From: Arcobacteraceae bacterium
GTDB taxonomy: Bacteria > Campylobacterota > Campylobacteria > Campylobacterales > Arcobacteraceae
Direction of reading: 5' to 3'
Assembly: GCA_963662945.1 (NCBI GenBank)
Contig: OY759974.1
Coordinates: 2,368,001 to 2,432,000, forward strand
DNA length: 64,000 bases
Shown here in pieces: positions 54,396 to 61,808 of this stretch. The first letter of the stretch is position 1. Each line of letters begins with the position of its first letter. A program made the translations under genes and the position numbers. The notes beneath the pieces were generated by a model. That model made no database searches and was not told where the DNA came from. It saw nothing but the letters and a program-made list of their open reading frames with translations.

Positions 54396-55586
54396 ATGAA
54401 GAAAAAAATTCTTATAGTTGGTGGTGGTACTGCTGGTACTATGACTGCAAATAATCTTGCAAAAAAATTGATGCCTGAAATTGATAGAGATGAAATAGAG
54501 ATTACAATGATTTCTAATTCAAAATATCACTATTATAGACCAGGTGCTATGTATGTTGCTTTTCATAAAGCTGAAGGACATGAGTTTGTTCGAGAACAAA
54601 GAACACTTTTAATGTCTGAAATTAACTTTGATGTAGAAGAAGCTACTGAAATTAATACAAATAATAATTTTGTAAAAACTAAAAGTGGTAAAAAATATGA
54701 TTATGATTTTTTAGTACTGGCAACAGGTTGTGAAGCTGCACCCCAAAGAATTCCTGGATTAAAAGAGGGAGGAGATTGGTTTTATACGTACGAAGGAGCT
54801 AGAAAACTTGCTGAAAAGTTTCAAAATATAAAAAGTGGAAAAGTATTAATTACGGTAAATTTCCCAAAAACACCAAATATTCCACATCAATGTGGTATTG
54901 CACCTGTTGAAACAACTATAATGCTTCATGATTATTTAACTGAAAAAGGGGTTAGAGATAATGTTGAAATAATTTATACATATCCAACAGAAGCACAAAG
55001 TGTAAAAAATGGATTATTTTTACAAGAACCAACTTCTAATGTTTTACCAGCTATTTTTGATGGAGTTGGTATAAAACATAAAACTGGTTTTACATTAAAT
55101 AAGGTTGATCCTCGAAATAAAGTAGCATATTCAGAAGAGGGTGAAGAGATTCAATTTGATATTTTAATGTCAACACCACCTTTTATAGCTACAAAACTTA
55201 TACGAGAATCTGGAATCTCAGAAGCTTTAGATGATGAAGGATGGCTTCCTACTGATAGAAAAACCTTAAAAGTAAAAGGTTTAAAGAATGTGTATACATT
55301 AGGTGATACTGTAGATTTACCCGTATCAAAAGCAGGTGGAACAATACATAACCAAACAGATATTGTTGCTGATAATATTGCTGCTGAGTTACGATATGGT
55401 TATCCAACAGAAAGTTATGATGGGCTTGTTATAGCTATAGCGCAAATGGGGCTATCTTGTGGTATGCCACTTTGGTATGATTATGAGGAAGATGTTCAAC
55501 CAACACCTTGTAGTAAGTTAGGTAGTTTTGTAAGAAAAGGTTTTAATAAAGGTATCTACTGGGCAGCTGCTCGTGGAATGGTATAG
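54396..55586 (+). CDS. sqr: Sulfide:quinone oxidoreductase-like flavoprotein
   Basis: GGGTAG, ATG, HQCGIAPVE, LGD, SKAG, further C-terminal Cys residues; followed by a DUF1641-like gene. Confidence 0.78.
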   Translation: MKKKILIVGGGTAGTMTANNLAKKLMPEIDRDEIEITMISNSKYHYYRPGAMYVAFHKAEGHEFVREQRTLLMSEINFDVEEATEINTNNNFVKTKSGKKYDYDFLVLATGCEAAPQRIPGLKEGGDWFYTYEGARKLAEKFQNIKSGKVLITVNFPKTPNIPHQCGIAPVETTIMLHDYLTEKGVRDNVEIIYTYPTEAQSVKNGLFLQEPTSNVLPAIFDGVGIKHKTGFTLNKVDPRNKVAYSEEGEEIQFDILMSTPPFIATKLIRESGISEALDDEGWLPTDRKTLKVKGLKNVYTLGDTVDLPVSKAGGTIHNQTDIVADNIAAELRYGYPTESYDGLVIAIAQMGLSCGMPLWYDYEEDVQPTPCSKLGSFVRKGFNKGIYWAAARGMV

Positions 55587-55595
55587 GAGAAAATT

Positions 55596-55949
55596 ATGAG
55601 TGAAAAAGTAGAAGTTTTAAAAACTAAAGAGATGCAAGAGTTAGAAGCTAAAATGACAATGTTGGTTCAAACAGGACGAATAGATAATCTAATTGACCTT
55701 ATGGCAGTTGTATCAGATAACATAGAGATGACAACACAACCAATGGTTGAAAAAATGATTGGAACTGTAGATAATTTGGCAACAGCAGGATTTATAACAG
55801 AAAATGCGGTACGGTATGCAAAAAGAGAAACGGCAAAAAATCCAACACCTACACTGTTTGGTATATTAAAACTGATGAAAGATGAAGAAACAAGAAAAGG
55901 TCTTAGTTTTATGCTTAATCTTACAAAAGGAATTGGTAGACAGCTTTAA
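55596..55949 (+). CDS. DUF1641-like protein
   Basis: C-terminal TLFGILKLMKDEETRKGLSF pattern. Confidence 0.75.
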   Translation: MSEKVEVLKTKEMQELEAKMTMLVQTGRIDNLIDLMAVVSDNIEMTTQPMVEKMIGTVDNLATAGFITENAVRYAKRETAKNPTPTLFGILKLMKDEETRKGLSFMLNLTKGIGRQL

Positions 55950-56018
55950 ATTAAGTTAATGTTTTGTTAATAAATTCTTGATACTATATAATTATTTTAT
56001 TCAGTTAGGAGTGTAAAA

Positions 56019-56477
56019 ATGTGTAGTATAGAAAACAAACTTAGCACGTGTTTAAATGAAGATATAGGAAAACTTCTTTTACGATTAAGTGTAGCGGTTT
56101 TGATGTTGTTTCATGGTGTAAGTAAAGCAATTAATGGAATTGATGGAATTAAATTTTTAGTTGATAGAGCAGGTTTGCCAGAGTTTGTAGCTTATGGGGT
56201 ATATTTTGGTGAGATTGTTGTTCCTTTATTATTGATTTTTGGATTATATACTCGAATTAGTGCTTTAGTTTTTGTTATTAATATGGTGTTTGCAATTCTT
56301 TTAGCGCATAGTGCAGATTTATTTGCTTTAGGGAAAACTGGTGGACTTGTGATTGAATTGCCATTATTTTATCTTTTAGGTGCATTAGTTATCTTTTTTA
56401 TAGGTGCTGGAAAATACAGCTTGGATAATAAATTAAATGTTCAAATGAGTGAAAATAAGAAGGAAAATCTTGAATAA
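56019..56477 (+). CDS. DoxX family membrane protein
   Basis: LLLRL...FHGVSK, GEIV, GLYTR, GAGKYSLD. Confidence 0.9.
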   Translation: MCSIENKLSTCLNEDIGKLLLRLSVAVLMLFHGVSKAINGIDGIKFLVDRAGLPEFVAYGVYFGEIVVPLLLIFGLYTRISALVFVINMVFAILLAHSADLFALGKTGGLVIELPLFYLLGALVIFFIGAGKYSLDNKLNVQMSENKKENLE

Positions 56478-56934
56478 AATAGTGAATAAACTGATTTTTT
56501 TATTTTTGATTTCAATTGTCTCTGTACAAGCAGAGACAATGTTTTTACTAACAAAAGTACCAAAAGTATATCTTGTAGTTGAAAACTATAGTAGTAAAGT
56601 TTCTATGGATGTTAAAAAAGAGATACTTGATGAGATGAAAACGGTTACTGATGAATTAAAAATAGATACTTCAGGATATTCACACAGAACACTTGGTTTT
56701 ATGCTTTATGATACAACTATCGATAATCACTTGACATTAAATATTGATTTAGTTTTAGGTGAAGAGGTGAAAAGATTAGATGATAATCAAGAGGTATATG
56801 CTTTAACTTATGAAAAACGAAAACAGATAAGTTTAGATAACAAAACAAAAGATGAAGTTCAAGAACAGTTACTTGATAATATATATTTACTTCTTACTGA
56901 GTTTACAGAACAATATAGAGGGGATAATATATGA
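56470..56934 (+). CDS. Hypothetical exported protein
   Basis: Signal-peptide-like N-terminus; start moved to TTG 56470 after AAGGA; overlaps both neighbours. Confidence 0.7.
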   Translation: MNKIVNKLIFLFLISIVSVQAETMFLLTKVPKVYLVVENYSSKVSMDVKKEILDEMKTVTDELKIDTSGYSHRTLGFMLYDTTIDNHLTLNIDLVLGEEVKRLDDNQEVYALTYEKRKQISLDNKTKDEVQEQLLDNIYLLLTEFTEQYRGDNI

Positions 56935-57332
56935 AGTTCTTATTTTTAATTATGCTGTTGTTTTCTCAAATATTTGCAAAAAGTTATACTGAATTTGGCA
57001 AAGAATTTTCTTATGAGTTACACTATAAAGAAGCAGTAGAAAAAGCTAAAAAAGAGAAAAAAGATATAATGCTTCTGATGGTGTCGAACTTTTGTCCTTG
57101 GTGTCAAAAACTAGAAAAAGTTGTTTTATCAAAAGAAAAAATCAATACTCAAATTCATACAAAATATATCCCATTGATTTTAAATAAAGATGAGGGTAAC
57201 TATCCAAAGCAGTTTGAAACACCAATGGTTCCTACAGTATATTTTATAGATTATAAAACTGAACAAATCAAAACGAAAGTTATAGGATATAACAATAGAC
57301 AAGATATGATAAATACAATAAATAATCCATAA
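56931..57332 (+). CDS. Exported thioredoxin-fold protein (SoxW-like)
   Basis: Signal peptide, CPWC, VPT cis-Pro motif. Confidence 0.85.
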   Translation: MKFLFLIMLLFSQIFAKSYTEFGKEFSYELHYKEAVEKAKKEKKDIMLLMVSNFCPWCQKLEKVVLSKEKINTQIHTKYIPLILNKDEGNYPKQFETPMVPTVYFIDYKTEQIKTKVIGYNNRQDMINTINNP

Positions 57333-57383
57333 TAATAAAACAACATACTTTTTGATATAATATCAAAAAATTATAGGTTAGTT

Positions 57384-58817
57384 ATGGAATATTTTGAAAT
57401 ATTTACACATGTAGTAGTCGTTATGAGTTTAGGTTGGTATATGATTACCAACCTTCAATGGTACAATTATAAACTTCAAAGAGTTATACTTAAACATCAC
57501 AAACAACAATGGCATATAGTATATTTTGCAACACCATTTGTTCTTTTTTATCTTTTACCTTTTTTATATTTTAGTATCTATTTTTATCTTTTATATCTTA
57601 CTAGTTTTGTAATGTGGAATAGAAATTTAGATAGACCACTTGTATTAACTCATAGAGTAAAAAGATTTTTAGGAATACTACTTTTTACTACATTTGCTAT
57701 AGATGCTCTTGTAATGGCTAGTACAACTAACTTTTATGGATTATTTTTACCTTTATTTTTGACATACGTTATCACTACTATTTTAGAAAAAATATTTTTT
57801 ATTGCATATAAGCAAAAAGCAAAAGGGCGACTTCATACAATTATGGGGCTTCAAACTATTGCTATTACAGCATCTTATGGAAAAACATCTATTAAAAATT
57901 ATTTGTATCAAGTATTAGATAAAAAATTCAATGTCTATATGACTCCACGAAGTGTCAATACAATGGCAGGAATTATGAAAGATGTAAATGATGATTTACC
58001 ATTAGATACACAAATCTATATTGCAGAAGCGGGAGCTAGAGAAACTGGTGATATAGAAGAGATAGTAAATTTCCTAGAACCACAGTATGCTATTATAGGA
58101 AGTGTTGGAGAGCAACATATTGAATATTTTAAAACCTTAGATAATATTATCCATACTAAAATGGAGATATTAAAATCTCCAAAACTAGTACATGGTTTTG
58201 TGCATGATAGTGTGCCTATTTTACAATATGACACTATCACAAAATATCCAAACAATTTAAACATCACACGAAGTGACTTAAATGGTATTTGGTTTGATAT
58301 AAACCTTGATGGAACAACAGAACATTTTCACGCTCCAGTTCTTGGAAGTTTTAATGCTATAAATCTAACATCAGTAATACTAATGGCAAAAAAACTTGGT
58401 ATGAGTGTAGATGATATTAAAGTAGCATTGCATAACTTAAAGCCAGTAGAACACAGACTTCATCTTAGCCGTGCAGGTGGTAAACTTATCCTTGATGATA
58501 GTTTTAATGGAAATCTTGAAGGGATGTTGGAAGCTATTCAAATAGCTTCAACACATGAGGGTAGAAAAGTTATCGTAACACCTGGTTTAGTTGAATCAAA
58601 TATGGAATCAAATGTAGAGTTAGCTCATGCTATTGAGAAAATTTTTGATTTAGTGATTATAACAGGGAGTTTAAATGCAAAACTTTTTGATAAAGTGATT
58701 AAACACACAAAACCAATTATTCTTGAAGATAAATCAAAGTTGCAAGAAGTTTTAGCAAAAGAGACACATATTGGTGATCTTATACTTTTTGCAAATGATG
58801 CACCAAACTTTATATAG
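57384..58817 (+). CDS. murF: Mur ligase (MurF-like) with N-terminal membrane segments
   Basis: ITASYGKTS P-loop, SVNT, EAGAR, DDSFNGN. Confidence 0.82.
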   Translation: MEYFEIFTHVVVVMSLGWYMITNLQWYNYKLQRVILKHHKQQWHIVYFATPFVLFYLLPFLYFSIYFYLLYLTSFVMWNRNLDRPLVLTHRVKRFLGILLFTTFAIDALVMASTTNFYGLFLPLFLTYVITTILEKIFFIAYKQKAKGRLHTIMGLQTIAITASYGKTSIKNYLYQVLDKKFNVYMTPRSVNTMAGIMKDVNDDLPLDTQIYIAEAGARETGDIEEIVNFLEPQYAIIGSVGEQHIEYFKTLDNIIHTKMEILKSPKLVHGFVHDSVPILQYDTITKYPNNLNITRSDLNGIWFDINLDGTTEHFHAPVLGSFNAINLTSVILMAKKLGMSVDDIKVALHNLKPVEHRLHLSRAGGKLILDDSFNGNLEGMLEAIQIASTHEGRKVIVTPGLVESNMESNVELAHAIEKIFDLVIITGSLNAKLFDKVIKHTKPIILEDKSKLQEVLAKETHIGDLILFANDAPNFI

Positions 58818-58821
58818 GAGA

Positions 58822-58845
58822 AGACTATAAACTAGTTTATAGTCT
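58822..58845. terminator. Perfect 24-bp palindrome between convergent murF and metE
   Basis: AGACTATAAACTAGTTTATAGTCT. Confidence 0.65.
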
Positions 58846-58856
58846 CCCTTTATCTT

Positions 58857-61172
58857 TTATTGTAACTCTTCTCTTACAATCTTTACAGCTTTCACCATAT
58901 TTTCTAAACTTGGTTTTACCTCTTCCCATTTTCTTGTTTTTAGTCCACAATCTGGATTTATCCATAATTGTTCTTTTGGTAATACTTCAAGAAGTAGTTT
59001 AATTTGTTTTACAATTTCATCTACACTTGGAACTCTTGGACTATGGATATCATAAACACCTGGTCCAACTTCTTGTTTGTAACCAACCTCTTTAAATACT
59101 TTTAGAAGTTCATTTCCACTTCGTGCTGTTTCTATAGAAATAACATCAGCATCCATAGCTTCTATAGTTTTTATAATATCATTAAACTCACTATAACACA
59201 TATGTGTATGTATCTGTGTCTCTTTATTGGCACTACTTACAGAGATTTTAAAATCTCTAACAGCCCAATCTTCATAGATTTTAATTTTTTGAGTTCTTAA
59301 TGGATAGCCTTCTTTAAATGCTGCTTCATCTACTTGAATGATTTTAATACCAGCTTTTTGTAAGTCATCAATCTCATCACTTAAAGCAACTGCAATTTGT
59401 TTTGATACTTCATCTCTTGGTTTATCATCTCTTACAAAAGACCAGTTTAGAATAGTAACAGGACCTGTTAACATCCCTTTCATGATTCTTTGTGTTTTAC
59501 TTTGTGCATAAGTTATCCAATCTACAGTCATAGGTTTTGGTCTGCTAATATCTCCATAGATAAAAGGTGGTTTTACACATCTACTTCCATAGCTTTGTAC
59601 CCAACCATTTTGACTAAAACCATATCCATCTAGTTGTTCACCAAAGTATTCAACCATATCATTTCTTTCAGGTTCTCCATGAACTAATATCTCTAAATCA
59701 CATTTTTCTTGAAACTCAACACAATCATCAATATAGAGTTTCATTTGTTTTTCATACTCTTCTTGTGTAATTTGTTTGTTTTTGAAATCTTTTCTAGCTT
59801 TTCTTACTTCTTGTGTTTGCGGAAATGAACCTATGGTAGTTGTTGCTAAATCTTCATATTTTAAAATCTCTTTTTGGATTTTGATTCTCTCTTCATATAT
59901 ACCATCTCTTTGAAGTTTTGTATGGTTTTCAACTCTTGTTTGAACCTCTTTATTATGGATACGCAAAGAAGTTTTTCTACTGTGATTCGCTTTTTTATTT
60001 TCTTCATATTCTATTTTTTCATCTGAATTTAATCTCTCGATACCATCAAAAAATATTTTTGATACAAGGGAAATCTCATCAAGTTTTTCGTATGCATAAC
60101 TTAACCAGTTTTTGATTTCTAAATCCATCTTTTCTTCATATTGTAAAGTAAAAGGTGTATGTAAAAGGCTACAAGATGAACTGATGATGATATTGTTTTT
60201 ATCTACAGACTTAGCAATTTTCTCTAAAAGCTTCACTGTTTGTTCAATATCATTTTTCCAGATATTTCTTCCATCAACAACACCAGCTATGAGTTTTTTA
60301 TCACTAGAAGCAACTGTCTGCAGTGATTCTAGATTTTCAACTCCATATAAAAAGTCTAAACCAATTCCCCAAATAGGTGTATTTACCAATACTTTTGTAG
60401 CTTCATTTGAGTGTTCAAAATATGTTGTTACTATGATTTTGATATTTTGACTTACAGTTGCTAATCTATCATATGTAAGTTTTATAAGACTTAACACTTT
60501 TGGTTCATTATCTTTTACAAAGATTGGTTCATCAATTTGTAGTGTGATATTCTCATCAAGTTGTGAAATCTCTTCTAATAACTCTTCATAAATAGGTAAA
60601 ATTTTATTTAAAAGCTCAAAAGTATCTCCTCTATCAATTCGTTTTGAAAGTGCTAAAAATGTAATAGGACCTATAATATTGATTTTTGTTTTTATCCCTT
60701 GATTTTTTGCCTCTTTATATTCTTCAATTATTTTTTTACTATTAAGTTTATATTGATCTTCTTTTGATAACTCAGGTACTATATAATGATAGTTTGTATT
60801 AAACCATTTTGTCATCTCCATAGCTACATTTGACTTATCTCCTCTTGCCATAGAAAAATACAATTCCTCATCACACAGATGTTGAAATCTTTTAGGGATA
60901 GCACCTAACATAACGATAGTATCAAGCATATTGTCATACAGACTAAAGTCATTTGAACTAATATATTCTATTCCAGCATTTTTTTGGTATTCCCAATGTC
61001 TTTTTTTGAGTTCACTTGCAACTCTTTTTACCTCTTCAAATGAACATTTTTTTGCCCAAAAACTTTCTAATACTTGTTTTAACTCTCTTTGTTCTCCAAT
61101 TCTTGGAAATCCTACGATGTAATTTTTTCGAGGAAAAATTTCTTCGAAACCGCTATTCACTTTTTTTGACAT
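58857..61172 (-). CDS. metE: Cobalamin-independent methionine synthase
   Basis: GFPRIG, MTKWFNTNYHY, HGEPERNDMVEYF, HTHMCYSE, NPDCGLKTR. Confidence 0.97.
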   Translation of the reverse strand: MSKKVNSGFEEIFPRKNYIVGFPRIGEQRELKQVLESFWAKKCSFEEVKRVASELKKRHWEYQKNAGIEYISSNDFSLYDNMLDTIVMLGAIPKRFQHLCDEELYFSMARGDKSNVAMEMTKWFNTNYHYIVPELSKEDQYKLNSKKIIEEYKEAKNQGIKTKINIIGPITFLALSKRIDRGDTFELLNKILPIYEELLEEISQLDENITLQIDEPIFVKDNEPKVLSLIKLTYDRLATVSQNIKIIVTTYFEHSNEATKVLVNTPIWGIGLDFLYGVENLESLQTVASSDKKLIAGVVDGRNIWKNDIEQTVKLLEKIAKSVDKNNIIISSSCSLLHTPFTLQYEEKMDLEIKNWLSYAYEKLDEISLVSKIFFDGIERLNSDEKIEYEENKKANHSRKTSLRIHNKEVQTRVENHTKLQRDGIYEERIKIQKEILKYEDLATTTIGSFPQTQEVRKARKDFKNKQITQEEYEKQMKLYIDDCVEFQEKCDLEILVHGEPERNDMVEYFGEQLDGYGFSQNGWVQSYGSRCVKPPFIYGDISRPKPMTVDWITYAQSKTQRIMKGMLTGPVTILNWSFVRDDKPRDEVSKQIAVALSDEIDDLQKAGIKIIQVDEAAFKEGYPLRTQKIKIYEDWAVRDFKISVSSANKETQIHTHMCYSEFNDIIKTIEAMDADVISIETARSGNELLKVFKEVGYKQEVGPGVYDIHSPRVPSVDEIVKQIKLLLEVLPKEQLWINPDCGLKTRKWEEVKPSLENMVKAVKIVREELQ

Positions 61173-61232
61173 TACTAATCCTTTAGTTTTATTATTGTTA
61201 TTATTGTTTTGAAATGATTTTATTTGTTTGAA

Positions 61233-61574
61233 TTAAAGTTGTAGTAGAGGTGGATGAACACCAGTTCTTCTAAATGCGAAGTAAGTTGTATAGTATGGAC
61301 ATCTTGGGATATAGTGATAACTAAGAAGTGCAAGTCTTGTTTTAAGTTTGTAAAAACAATTACAATGACAAGGTTTATTTTTTAGAGTAGAAGTGACTAA
61401 TAAAAGCTCACAAGGTGGTTCTTCCTCTTCCAACTCTTTTTCTTCTTGAGATATGTTTTTATGAAGTAGAGAAAATAGAGATGATACTTGACTTTGTAGT
61501 TTTTGTTCTACAGATGATGCAAGTATGGCACTTAGTGTAAAGTAGTTTTTCCCAAAACCTTTTAATAACTTCAT
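61233..61574 (-). CDS. Hypothetical Cys-rich protein upstream of metE, candidate leader peptide
   Basis: 113-aa ORF with AAAGGA upstream, co-oriented with and 60 nt before metE; PCHCNC and terminal RRTGVHPPLLQL. Confidence 0.7.
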   Translation of the reverse strand: MKLLKGFGKNYFTLSAILASSVEQKLQSQVSSLFSLLHKNISQEEKELEEEEPPCELLLVTSTLKNKPCHCNCFYKLKTRLALLSYHYIPRCPYYTTYFAFRRTGVHPPLLQL

Positions 61575-61625
61575 TTCTCTATTTTTCCTTTGATTTTTGG
61601 AATTTTATTCCTTTTATCCTTAAAT

Positions 61626-61808
61626 TTATTTAAGAGGATTGAGCTTTTGTTTAACTTTCTTTGGTATTTGTGCCATTTTTAAAGTAGTTTTTTTGATAAA
61701 ATTATCATTTTTATCAAATTGGTTTACTTCTAAAGAGTTATTTTTTTTATCAAAAGAGATAGCTTTATAGATAAAGCCATTCTCTTCAAATACAATATTT
61801 TTCAACAC
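61626..61808 (-). CDS. Small basic hypothetical protein coupled to topA
   Basis: GTG start overlaps the topA stop; 60 aa ending AQIPKKVKQKLNPLK. Confidence 0.7.
   Translation of the reverse strand: MLKNIVFEENGFIYKAISFDKKNNSLEVNQFDKNDNFIKKTTLKMAQIPKKVKQKLNPLK

Noticed and set aside
61173-61625. Cobalamin or SAM riboswitch upstream of metE
   Set aside because: No B12-box or S-box consensus visible; the region is occupied by an ORF and an A/C-rich spacer
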